A stretch of 64,000 nucleotides of DNA from Chiloscyllium plagiosum (lineage: Eukaryota): positions 41,920,139 to 41,984,138 of the forward strand of contig NC_057719.1 of the NCBI RefSeq assembly GCF_004010195.1, in the 5' to 3' direction. Within the stretch, counting starts at the first letter, position 1. Every line of letters begins with the position of its first letter. The position numbers and the translations under genes are program-made. Below, piece by piece: positions 13,346-24,600 of the stretch. The notes below the pieces were generated by a model, which worked only from the letters and a program-made list of their open reading frames with translations, did no database searches and was not told where the DNA came from.

Positions 13346-13884
13346 AAGGGATATAGAGGGTCACTGGCAGCAAGGCATGAAGGTTGCTTTCAGCGTGTCA
13401 TCCTTTTCTTCATGGGTCCAAGCACTCAATAGCTATAAACTCCATACAACCCTGTCACGGTAGGTGCTGCAAGACGTGTCAGAGTGTGGACATAGATACC
13501 ACCATTACGCATGGGGGACACCTCCCACCTTGTACATGGCAGGTACTCATGTGACTCAGCCAACGTTGTCTATCTTATACGTTGCAGGCAAGGATGCCCG
13601 GAGGTATGGTACACTGGGGAAACTGAGCAAAGGCTACGACAACGGATAAATGGGCACCGCACAACAATCAACAGACAGGAGGGTTCCCTCCCAGTTGGGG
13701 AACACTTCAGTGGTCCAGGACATTCGAACTCAGACCTTCAGGTGACCATCATCCAAGGCAGACTTCGGGACAGGCAGCTGCGAAAAGTGGCCGAGCAGAG
13801 GCTGATAGCTAAGTTCGGTACCCATAGGGATGGCCTCAACTAGGACCTTGGGTTCATGTCACATTACAGGTGACCACCATTGCA

Positions 13885-14160
13885 CTATACACACGCAGAG
13901 ATACTCCTACACATACACACTCTCACACACACACAGACACTCCTATACACACAAACACATGGACACACATATATACAGACACGCACACAGACACCCACAC
14001 ACACCCTTGCAGACACACACTCCCACACTCACACATGCGCCCCCTCACAGACTTAAGACACTCTGCATCACTACACACACACATACACTTTCTCACACTC
14101 ACAACCCCCAACCCAGACAGACCCACACACATAGACAAACAAAGACCCACATGCGCACAT
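13885..14160. repeat. CA-rich low-complexity tract in the family-B 3' UTR
   Basis: Imperfect (CA)n/(CACAGA)n run; explains the H/T-rich spurious ORFs. Confidence 0.85.
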
Positions 14161-14570
14161 ATATTTTGTGGGGTGAATTTGTTCTTGCAGAGTTACATTG
14201 TACTTTGCTCAAAAACTGCATGCATTCATGTAGAACTCTGAGCTCAAAAACTGCATGAATTTATGTAAAACTCCGTTATCTCATTTTTTAGATTAGAATC
14301 AATCTAAACATCATGGCATAGACAGAGAACACAGGGGGCTAACACCTTCAACATATTGTCTAGCTATCACCATTGTTAACAGCTAACCTGAGAATGCAAC
14401 TTTTTTAAAAAAGGTTTTGTGATTTACACATGAAAGAAGTGAAACTATCATGGTATTCTAACAGATGAAAGGCTTAACAGACAATCAATCTTTCAATGTA
14501 TAATTTCAGTTACATCACACTGTAAATTTTTGCTATAAATTCTGTGTGTTAGGATTGAGCCCTCCACTAC

Positions 14571-14605
14571 CACCTGATGAAGGAGCAATGCTCCGAAAGG
14601 TAGTG
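14571..14605 (+). ncRNA. Minimal type I hammerhead motif (family B)
   Basis: CAC-CTGATGA-A-GGAGC-AAT-GCTCC-GAAA-GGTA-GTG; helix I CAC/GTG; other copies read GCTA in place of GGTA. Confidence 0.75.
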
Positions 14606-15009
14606 TGCTTCCAATTAAACCTGTTGGACTATAACTTGGTGTTGTGTGATTTTTAACGCTGTAAACAAAGGTTCCCTTTTGGATGCCCACCAGCAAATAC
14701 AGCATGGTTTTCTTGTGCTTCCCACATGGGAGACCCTACCACCGGTTAACACCAATGTAGCCAGGCCGTCAGCTGGACACTTATTCCAATTAAAGGCCTC
14801 AAGTGACAAGGTAGTTTGAAGGCCATCCATAGGCCTTCCCATCATAGAATTGGCATAGAGACAGGAAAACTCTCAGGTTTAGCAAGGCCCACTGCTACCA
14901 ATTTCCTCTTAGAGGAGGACATAACATTCTGCTTATTGTTTCTCAGCATTTAATTCCAATTTGTTCTTCATTTGTAATTTGTTTTCAGTTTGATTGTAGT
15001 TTTGCTTAG

Positions 15010-15585
15010 AATTACGTAGGATATGAAGCAGAAAAGCAGGGCATTGGAACTAAGCAGTCCATGGTGGTGATTATGCTCAACTCAAGCCTCTTCTCATCTA
15101 AATTTATCATCATACTCCTTCTTCCCCTTCTCCCTAGTATGCTTGTCCAATATCCCGCTCAAAGCATCTATATTACTTGCTTTGGTAGAGTATTTAATAT
15201 TTTCACCACTGTGTGAAAACGTTTCCTCTGAATTTCTTATCGCATTTTTTGGTGACTAACTTGTATTGATGACATTGTGTTTTGCTATTCCTTCAAAAGG
15301 AGACATTCACTCTGTACCTACTCTGTCAAAACATTTCATCATTTTAAATACCTCTATTAGATTACCTCTCAGCCTTCAGTTTTCAAGGCAAAAGTGGTAC
15401 AACCTGTCAGTCCAATCTACACATGAATGACCACACATTCCTCATATTATCCTTGTAAATCTTCTTCGCACTTTATCCAGTACCTCTATATTTTCATATG
15501 ATGACTATAGCATCATATGGTACAATAAGTGTGATCAAATGAAGATTTGATATAAGATTAGCATAACTCTCCTATACTTAATATC
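15010..15585 (-). mobile_element. Old CR1-like 3' fragment
   Basis: Degenerate similarity to other minus CR1 copies (atccttgtaaatcttc; cctctattagattacctctcagcc). Confidence 0.55.
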
Positions 15586-16359
15586 ATATAAATTATTTCT
15601 TAATTTTGCTTGTGCATTTTGATTCAAAGTATTATTTTACCAGATGAAACTCTTTAAAACATTATTCATTTAAGAGATAGAATTAAATGATCAGTTTGTT
15701 AAGTAGTCCATCATACTTAATGAGACATACAATTCACCAAATCAAAAAATTACATGTAAATAAACTCTCAATTCAACTGCAATTTTTACTTGTAATATGT
15801 TATTCTATTAGACCCCTTTTTGAATTGTTCCTATTATTCCCATTCAGGTTGAGCAAATATCATGTTCTGTTCATTAGATTATTGGATTGACTTTTATTTG
15901 GAATGAGCCTAACACCCTACCCATCAGAAAGTTATCATGTTGCTCAACAGTAAATAGGATCAAAAGGTGGAAAAACTGATAATAGACATTTATGGCTTTT
16001 TACTTTCATATGCATTGTAGTCTGAACAAAATAGATGAATTAACGGCACAAATAGGATAACAAGTTATAAACTTTACAGAGACTGAAATTGGTTGCAAGA
16101 AGATCAGATTTGGGACCTAAAAATTCTGGAGTATGTGAGTTTTCCAAAGGAAGGGCAGGGAGAAAAGGGTGGTGCGTTAGAACTAGATTGAATAAGTACA
16201 AGAGCAAGAAATGATCTTGCATTAGAATCCGAATGGCTAGAGGTAAGAAATAAAAAGGGAGAAAAGACACTGGTAGGAGTAGTCTATAATCATCCCATTA
16301 ACAATAGCTATATAGTGGGACATAACCAGGGCATGTTACAAAGGCAAAAACAGGGTAAA

Positions 16360-16751
16360 AACAAGGACTGTAGATGCTGGAAACCAGATGCTAGATTAGA
16401 GTAGTACTGGAAAAGCACAGCAGTTCAGGCAGCATCCGAGGAGCAGGAAAATCGACGTAAGGTGATAGATCAGAAAGGAGGGTGGAGTGGAAGGTGGAAA
16501 GGAAGATAGGCATGTAGGACAATTCATGGGGACAGTACTGAGCTGGAAGTTTGGAACTGGAGTGAGGTGGAGGAAGAGGAAATGAGGAAACTGGTGAAGT
16601 CCACATTGATGTCCTGGGGTTGAAGTGTTCCGAGGTGGAAGATGAGGAGTTCTTCCTCCAGACATCGGGTGGTGAGGGAGCGGCGGTGAAGGAGGCCCAG
16701 GACATTCATGTCCTCGGCTGAGTGGGAAGGGGAGTTGAAATGCTGGACCAC
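16360..16751 (-). mobile_element. Penelope family A 3' fragment (GIY-YIG C-terminus and terminus; hammerhead deleted)
   Basis: VVQHFNSPSHSAEDMNVLGL...LEEELLIFHLGTLQPQDINVDF followed by the family-A terminal sequence. Confidence 0.85.
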
Positions 16752-16967
16752 CATCTTTCTGCCAAAGTATAACCAAGGCCCATTCAGTTGTCAGACTCTC
16801 TTGGTGCCTCCAAATGAACATTACTAGTTTCCTGCATTAGTTGAAAATAGTGTTGAGCATTATCAGAACAGGCATGATCTCATTGAATGGCAAAGAAGAT
16901 TAGATGGGTTGACTGGTCTCTTTCTGCATCTACATCTTATCTCTCTTATTGGGCTTACACTTACTAC

Positions 16968-17189
16968 CTGTTGAAAATGGATATTGATCACCATGTGGGA
17001 TCTGCTGCTGGTGGTGTTCCAGTTCGTTGTTGCGACACTTCTGTTCCGAATTCCTTGATCCAGTAAAGCCTCAAGTTGCTTAAAATTGCTACATGGCACT
17101 GATTTCAGACTCTCAACATAAAATCCATGTCTGCCTTCCCGCACACGCAGGCCATGAGGCTTACGAACCTTTGACAGGAGGTCTTGAAC
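16968..17189 (-). CDS. KIF28: KIF28-like kinesin, exon 5 (VQDLLSK...GLRVRE...GFYVESL...NTTSSRSHMVINIHFQQ)
   Basis: Switch I NxxSSRSH; acceptor ttctaag|GTT, donor CAG|GTAGTAAGT; 222 nt, phase 0. Confidence 0.92.
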
Positions 17190-17390
17190 CTTAGAAACCA
17201 AGTGTAAACATTAACATGGACAGGCATAGTATCAATGGAGTTGTCGTAGATAGAACAGATATGCAGGAACTAAACAGCAACAACACCCGATCATGTGAAT
17301 TAATCCAATGTAGGTCAATTAGAATGTTGCTGAAAATGTGTTGCTGGAAAAGCGCAGCTGGTCAGGCAGCATCCAAGGAACAGGAGAATC

Positions 17391-17418
17391 GACGTTTCGG
17401 GCATAAGCCCTTCTTCAG
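17391..17418 (-). ncRNA. Minimal hammerhead motif (family A) on the KIF28 sense strand
   Basis: CTGAAGA-A-GGGC-TTAT-GCCC-GAAAC-GTC on minus. Confidence 0.8.
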
Positions 17419-17426
17419 GAGAGCTC

Positions 17427-17454
17427 CTGAAGAAGGGCTTATGCCCGAAACGTC
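17427..17454 (+). ncRNA. Minimal hammerhead motif (family A)
   Basis: CTGAAGA-A-GGGC-TTAT-GCCC-GAAAC-GTC on plus. Confidence 0.8.
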
Positions 17455-17579
17455 GATTCTCCTGTTCCTTGGATGCTGCCTGACCTGCTGCGCTTTTCCA
17501 GCAACACATTTTCAGCTCTGATCTCCAGCATCTGCAAGTCCTCACTTTCTCCTCCAATTAGAATGTTACTTGGTTTGGG

Positions 17580-18060
17580 GAAATGTTTTATACTAGGTTT
17601 ATTTTTCAGGAGGCACACCGAGACAAATATTGACTCTGCCTGGAGAACCATCAACTCGTTGAAACACGCTTTGGTCTGCCTGAAACTTGTAAAGAGTTGA
17701 CCTCAACCAATGATGCAGACTGGCACATTCCAAGCTCTAGGACTACATGCTGAGGGACACATTAAAACCTGAGCTGGCTGCTGTCAAGGCACAGTGGGGA
17801 AAGACCACCATCTTTCTGCCAAAGTATAACCAAGGTCCCTTCAGTTGTCAGACTCTCTTGGTGCCTCCAAATAAACATTAATAGTTTCCTGCATTAGTTG
17901 AAAATGCCATTTTTTTCCAACTGTAGAAAAACCCTGAGGAATGTAAATGCTCCAATGCTTTTGTTTGATTTTCTCCATAAAGATTGTACTGAAGTGATTT
18001 AGTACATTTGTATGTACTTACAGATAATTTTATGAATAAAGTATATTTTCAAATAAAAAA
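17580..18060 (+). mobile_element. Tx1/L1-like LINE 3' fragment
   Basis: Broken C-terminal peptide AWRTINSLKHAL...CRLAHSKL*DYMLRD...AAVKAQWGKTT; ends tatgaataaagtatattttcaaataaaaaa. Confidence 0.65.
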
Positions 18061-18469
18061 TGAGGTACAAATTATGTTGTCATTTAAGATTAAATGGGAT
18101 TGATGCTGAAAAGAAAAAGGGTTGAATACATATGGGAGCAGAATTCTCATGGTGTTGAGTGCTTTAGCTCAGGTGGAGTCAGTTAAAAATGGTTTGGACA
18201 AACTATCTGTTCAAATTGTATCTTCTACATATTTCTAGTGAACTTAGCTTCATTATTGAATTTTCATGAGGAAGTTTTAAAAATCAAGTAAATCAATTAT
18301 GGTATGTGATGAAGTGGTGAGGCTGCTGGCACAAAAAAGGCAAAATTTAAGCTGTGTTCACATTTGCCCATGTGACAGATTGAGGTTTGCTGAATAAAGT
18401 TGGGAAACACTAAATATCTAGGTTTTAATTTTCTACTTGATTTCTATATAGTGAAAGATTTAAAAGTAC

Positions 18470-18505
18470 CTGTTCATTGTAGATCTCAAACATGCTAAAA
18501 TAAAC
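18470..18505 (-). CDS. KIF28: KIF28-like kinesin, exon 4 (36-nt mini-exon VYFSMFEIYNEQ)
   Basis: Acceptor tatag|GTT, donor CAG|GTACTT; supplies the conserved EIYNE motif missing between exons 3 and 5; not in the ORF track. Confidence 0.9.
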
Positions 18506-18609
18506 CTATAAAAGACAATACGGAATCAATAGAGGAGCACTTCAGGATGCCACAATAAATGTGAAATAAACTCTGATTGAGTGCGTATGTGATAACACTG
18601 ACTCCTTAC

Positions 18610-18816
18610 ATAAAACTGTCCATCCTTGCTTTGACGCTGTTTAATTTCCTGGAAAAGTGCTTCACAAATCATGGGAACAAGACCTTTGTTTCCTCCATAT
18701 CCAGTCATCAAATAGCTCTTCCCTGATCCAGTCTGACCATAGGAAAAAATGGTTGCATTGTACCCATTCCAGGCATTTTCCAAGACAGCTCTTCCAAGTT
18801 CATTAAAGACATGCTC
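18610..18816 (-). CDS. KIF28: KIF28-like kinesin, exon 3 (EHVFNELGRAVLENAWNGYNATIFSYGQTGSGKSY...DGQFY)
   Basis: P-loop GQTGSGKS; acceptor tttaaag|GAG, donor TAT|GTAAGG; 207 nt, phase 0. AWxGYN resembles KIF28/KLP-6. Confidence 0.92.
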
Positions 18817-19059
18817 CTTTAAATGTTAACAATAAATTAATCCCTCCATAGTTCAAATTGTAGTACAATACTATAAATTATTATTATTTAGCCCAATCTA
18901 TGGTTGTATTACTTTTCCTTAAAATACTATAAAAGACCATTACATTTCTGATAATACTTTGTACTTAACTGCATATCAGCAGTTATAATCTTAATGCTAA
19001 AAACCAATTAATAGTTGCATTGCTATACCTTATTTCTCAGAAAAGATTGTCTGACTGAC

Positions 19060-19251
19060 CTGACTGATGTATCGGCTGTGAGGTCCATTAGGCAGGAAAA
19101 CTCCCTGGTCATTCTCAATATACCCATCAGTTGACCAGTAGCAATAATCAAAGGTAAAGGTTCTTTTGTTTTGGAGGTCTTTTGGATCCAGAATGGTACA
19201 ATTGTTGCCAGCCATTGAGATGATACATTTACTTCTCATTGCTTTTTCTCT
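19060..19251 (-). CDS. KIF28: KIF28-like kinesin, exon 2 (REKAMRSKCIISM...TFTFDYCYWSTDG...RYISQ)
   Basis: Acceptor ttttctaag|AGA, donor CAG|GTCAGT; 192 nt, phase 0; kinesin-3 FTFDYxYWS motif. Confidence 0.9.
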
Positions 19252-19939
19252 CTTAGAAAATCACGTGCAGGAATAAACAACACATACCGATTAATTTTAA
19301 GGCATTAGCACTGAAAATCCACACAATGTAATCTCGATTATACACATCCAATGCAGATCATTTGAAGAAACTGGGACGGCAGCTAAAATTCATAGGATAG
19401 GACAGTGAACATGTATCCCTATGTCATCCATGATCTACCTCCTTTTAGCGGAAGGTTTTCTATCCCTCCCACAAACTGTATGCAACCCTCAATTAACCTC
19501 TGAAACCAATCTTAATTTTTTTTTACTCACTCACAGAATGTGGGTGTCGATGGCTTGGCCAGCATTTATTACCCATCACTAGTTGCCTTGAGGTGGTGGT
19601 GGTAAGCTGTCTTTATGAACTGCTGCAGTCCATGTGCTGTAGGTCAACCTACAGTGCCATTTAGGGAGGGTAGTTTCAGGATTTTGATGCACAGAAGAAA
19701 TGGTGGTATATTTCCAATTCAGGATGGATGCCTTGGTGGGGAACTGGCAGGTGGTGTTCCCCATGTATCTGCTGCACTTGTCCTTCAAGGTAGAAGTTGT
19801 GGGTTTAGAAGGTGCTGCCTTAGGAGCCTTTTCTGTAATCCATCAATCAGATGATGCACTCTACTGCTACTGAGTGTTGTGAAGTGAGTGGATATTTGTG
19901 GATGTGGTGTCAATCAAAAAGGCTGATTTGTCCTGGATG

Positions 19940-20163
19940 GTCGAGAGTGTGGTGCTGGAAAAGCACAGCAGGTCAGACAACATCCGAGGAGCAGGAGAAT
20001 CGATGTTTCGGGTAAAAGCCCTTCATCAGGAATCGTCCTGATGAAGGGCTTTTGCCCAAAATGTCAATTTTCCTCTTCCACGGATGATGCCTGACTTGCT
20101 GTGCTTTTCCAGCACCACACTCTCGACTCTAATCTCCAGCATCTGCATTCCTCACTTTCGCCT
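19940..20163. mobile_element. Palindromic PLE terminal element (family A)
   Basis: Inverted arms around ...cttcatcagg aatcgt cctgatgaag...; both hammerhead cores carry point mutations; no clear TSD. Confidence 0.8.
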
Positions 20164-20546
20164 TGACTATTGTTTGAACTTTACCTGTCCAGGCAAGTGG
20201 AGAATATTTTATTACACTCCTTACTGTGGCTTGTAGAGAGTAAACAGGCTTTAAACAGGTAAGTTACTCACTTCAGGATTCTCACTCTCTAACCTGCTAT
20301 TGTAGCCATTTTATTTATATGAATGGTACAGTTCTAAAAAAATGGCAACCCCCCCCCTCCCCCACCCCCAGCATTTTGAGAGTGGGGGATTGCAATGATG
20401 GTAACATGATTAAATGTCAAACAACAATGTTTAAATTCTCTCTTGGAGATGGTCATTTGTGTGGTCATTTTTCAGCCTAAACTTGGATATTGTTCAGGTC
20501 TTACTCCATTTGGACCTGGATTGCTTCAGTATCACAAGGAATGCTG

Positions 20547-21678
20547 ATAGAATATAGAACATAGAACATTACAGCGCAGTACAGGTCCTTCGGCCCTCGA
20601 TGTTGCACCGCCATGTCATACTAATCTGAAGCCCATCCCACCTACACTGTTCCATGTACATCCATATGCCTGTCCAATGACGACTTAAATGCACTTAAAC
20701 TTGGTGAATCTATTACCATTGCAGGCAAAGCATTCCATACCCTTACTACTCTCTGAGTAAAGAAACTACCTCTGACATCTGTCTTATACCCATCTCACCC
20801 TTTCCAAAGCTTCCACATCCTTCTTATAATGCGGTGACCAGAACTGTACACAATACTCCAAGTGTGGCCGTACCAGAGCTTTGTACAGCTGCAGCATAAC
20901 CTCCTGGTTCTGGAACTCAATCCCTCTATTAATAAACGCCAAGACACTGTATGCCTTCTTAACAACCCCGTCAATCTGGGTAGAAACTTTCAGGGATATG
21001 TGTAAATGGGCACCAAGATCTCTCTGCTCATCTGCACTCCCAAGAATCTTACCATTAGCCCAGTACTTTGCATTCCGATTACTCATCCAAAGTGTATCAC
21101 CTCACACTTGTCCACGTTAAACTCCATTTGCCACCTCTCAGCCCAGCTCTGCATCCTAGCTATGTCTCTCTGCAACCTACTACATTCTTCGTCACTATCC
21201 ACAACTCCACTGACCTTAGTGTCGTCCGCAAATTTACTACCCCACCCTTCTAAGCCCTCATCCAGGCCATTTATAAAAATGACAAACAGCAGTGGACCCA
21301 ACATCAACCCTTGCAGTATGCCACTAGAAACTGGACTCCAAGATGAACCTGTTCCATCAACTACAACCCTCTGTTTTCTTTCAGCAAGCCAATTATTGAT
21401 CCAAACTGCTATGTCTCCCACAATCCCATTCCTCCGCATTTTGTATAATAGTCTACTGTGGGGAACCTTATCGAATGCCTTGCTGAAATCCATATACACC
21501 GCATCAACCGGTTTACTCTCATCTACCTGTTTGGTCACTTTGTCAAAAAACTCAATAAGATCCGCTAGGCACGACCTACCCTTCACAAAACCGTGCTGAC
21601 TGTCCCTGATCAGATTATTCATTTCTAGATGGTTATAAATCCTATCTCTTATAACTTTTTCCAACACTTTACCAACAA
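20547..21678 (-). mobile_element. CR1 LINE, RT to 3' end, with internal deletion near 20790
   Basis: ORF 21083-21724 QHGFVKGRSC...YMDFSKAFDKV...KFADDTK; RPHLEYCVQFWSP; (TTCTATG)n tail. Confidence 0.95.
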
Positions 21679-24600
21679 TATATGATGGTGCTGAAGATTG
21701 TGAAATCATCAGCAAACAACCCAATTCTGACCTTATGACAGAGGGATGGTCACTGATGAAGTAGCTGAAGATGATTGGGTCTAAGACATTCTCCTGAGGA
21801 GCACCTACAGGGATATCCTAGAGTGTAAATAACTGACCTCCAATATGACCATTTTCCTGTGTGATAGGTATGAATCCATGATAGGTGGAGGGTTTGCTCC
21901 CTGATTCCCATTGACTCTAGTTTTGCTTGGTCTCCTTGATATCACACTTGGTGAAGTTCAGCCTTGATGTCCAGGGCTGTCACTTTCGCTTTCAACTCTA
22001 GAATTCATCTCTTTTGTCCATGTTTGAACCAAGGTTGCAATCAGGTCAGGAGCTGAGTGGCCCAAGCAGAACCTAAACTGGGCATCACTGAGCAGGTTAT
22101 TGCTGAGCACTTTTGATGACACTTTCCATCACTTTACTGATGGTCGAGAGTTGACTGAAAAGGTGGTAATTAACCAGGTTGGATTTGTCTAATTTTGTCT
22201 ACAAGATCTGGAGCTTTTCCATATTATGGGGTAAATGCCATTGCATAGCTGCATTGGAACAGCTTGGCTAGGGTTGTCAAGTTCTGGAGTACACGTTTTC
22301 AGTGCTATTGCTGGAATATTGTCAGGACCTACAGCCTTTGCAATATCTAGTGCCTTCAGCCATTTCTTGATATCACCTGGAGTGAATTGGCCGAAGACTG
22401 GCATCTTTGATACTGGGGTCCTTTGGAGGAGGCTGAGATTGATCATCCATTTGTCACTTCTGGCCGAAGATTGCTGCAGTCGCTTCAGTCTTATCTTTTG
22501 TATTGATGTGTTGGCCACCCCCGTCATTGAAGATGGGATATTTTTGGAGCATCATTTGTGAAGTAAATTGTTTAATAGTCAACCACCATTCAGAATTGGA
22601 TATGGAGGAATGGCAGTTAGATCTGATCCATTGTTGGTGGAATCGCTTAGCTCTGAGAATCACTAGCTGCTTCTGCTGTTTGGTATGTAAGAAGCCTGTT
22701 TTGACACTACATTTTTACATATGCCTAGTGCTGCTTCTGGCATGCCCTTCTGCACACTTCGTCAGAACAGAGTTGATCCCTTGCTTGATGGTAACGGTTG
22801 AGTGAGGGATATGCCAGGCCATGAGGTTGCTGGTTGTGCTGGAGTACAACATGATGGAGGATATTCTCATTGTAAAGGTGGGGCTTCATCTCCACAAGGA
22901 CTGTGTAGTTTTGCTGATGCTGTCTCAGATTTTGTCTGCAGCTGTCAGATTGGTAAGGATGAAGTCACTTTTGCTGGGTTGCTTACCACCCGCACGAGTC
23001 TAGGAGCTTATCCTTTAGGACCTGACAAGCTCAATCTGTAGTACTGCTGCTGAGCTACTCTTGATGGTGGATTTTGAAATCCCCCACTCAGAGTCCATTT
23101 TGTGCCCTTGCCACTCTTAGTGCTTCCTTGAAGTGTTGTTCCGATTCATCAACTGAGGGAGGATGGTATATGGTAATCAGCAGGAGATTTCCTTGCCAGT
23201 GTTTAACCTGAAGCCATGAAACACCATGGGGTCCAGAATCAATATTGAGGACCCCTAGGACAACACCCTTTGGATTCTATACCACTGTGCCACCAACTCT
23301 GTTTGCTCTGTCTTCCAGTTGGACAGAACATATCCAGGGATAGGGATGGTGGTGTCTGGGAAATTGTCTGTAAGATATGATTCCATGAGGATGACTATGT
23401 CGCTGTTGTTTAACCTGTCTGTGAGACACCTCTTCCAATTTTGGCACTCGTCCCCAGATGCTAGTAAGGAGGACTTCGCAAGGTCAGCAAAACAATTTCT
23501 GCTGTGATCTTTTCCAGTGCCTAGGCCAATGTGCCAGGTAGTCTGTCTGGTTTAATCCTTTTTGAGACTTTGTCATGATTAGTACAACTGAATAGTGTGA
23601 TAAGGTCATTTCGGAGGCTGATTAAGACTCAATCAAATTGTTAAGGGTCTGCAGACACATATAGAGAAGATTAGGTAAGAGTGGCAGTTTCCTTCCCTAA
23701 AGGACATCAGTGAACCAGATAGATAGGTTTTCCCTGGCAATTGTTTCAAGGTCAGCATCAGACTTTTAATTCCAGATGCTTGTTGCATTCAAATTCCACC
23801 AAGTGTCATGGTAGGATTCAGAACTGAGTCCACAGAACATACCTGGGTTACTGGATGACTAATCTAGCGACAATACTACTACACCATTGTTTCCCCTTAA
23901 AAAAAAGACTTGGCTATTCTGCAGCAGTCTATTCCATTTGATGACTATGTACTAGGAGGTAGGCCACTAACTCACTTGATCCACCAGCCTCCAGCTCCAG
24001 ATGAACTGAAGAAGCAGGAACTCCTAGACTAAGGATCAGAGTAATCAGAATTCTTAACTTTATCCTTCTCTCATTCCCTCGATGACTTTTCCATTTTAAG
24101 CATTTAAATCTTTTTATTTTATGAGTCAACAAAAAGATCCATCCTTTACAATGCAGGCTCCAAAACCCCATAAAGAACAGAGATTTAACATTTACTGGAG
24201 TTGCAGCAAGAATTATCTCCCTACTGCAGGTTGTTGCTACCATTTAAAACATAATCGCTTCATTGAAACAAACCAGTAGATTAACATGCAGCTAACAGTC
24301 AAGAATGTTTTTTTTAAGTGCTCAGGAAACTTTGTTCTGTTTCAGTTTGGTGTTTGAAATGTGGATTTGCAGTCAAGCTTCTAAATTGTGTTTGTCTGTC
24401 ATATACAGCATAAACTCAAGCAGAAGATAATAATGAGACAATGTTTTATTCTGTAAACACAGCCATAATTTGCCCATGCACTTCCACAATTTTGACAATG
24501 AACTGAGCATGATTTTTTTATACATCACAGTAATTTTTTTCTTTTCAGATTCACGCTGAGTCGGTGATCATTAGGAATCACTTTCCAACTTTATGTTGTC

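Larger units (their letters stand above)
13440..14657 (+). mobile_element. Penelope-like element family B, 5'-truncated: GIY-YIG endonuclease, CA-rich 3' UTR, terminal hammerhead
   Basis: ORF 13511-13843 CDSANVVYLIRC...WYTGETEQRLRQRINGHR...PVGEHF...GLN; upstream CCKTC motif; 3' part recurs at 62343-62723. Confidence 0.9.
17329..17554. mobile_element. Palindromic PLE element with two complete hammerhead cores
   Basis: Perfect inverted arms about a 2-nt centre; exact TSD caattagaatgtt at 17316-17328 and 17555-17567. Confidence 0.9.
19516..23896 (-). mobile_element. Decayed, apparently full-length single-ORF LINE (APE+RT) with tRNA-like 5' head; interrupted by a PLE palindrome and a CR1
   Basis: A/B-box-like head at 23896-23814; endonuclease DIVILMESYL...IPGYVL at 23401-23324; KAVGPDNIP near 22330; GAPQ/FADD at 21810-21705; tail GGGTAATAAATGCTGGCC...CCCACATTC then A-run. 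Clade not assigned. Confidence 0.75.

Noticed and set aside
13830..14258. Long His/Thr-rich ORFs
   Set aside because: Translation of a CA-rich tract in a PLE 3' UTR.
17216..17700. Recurrent MCCWKSAAGQAASKEQENRRFGHKPFF peptides in many ORFs
   Set aside because: Antisense reading of the family-A PLE terminus; they appear on both strands because of the palindromes. Not a gene family.
20770..20810. Internal deletion in a CR1 copy
   Set aside because: Ordinary decay; similar deletions occur in other CR1 copies here.
21006..21599. 197-aa plus-strand ORF
   Set aside because: Antisense shadow of the CR1 RT ORF.
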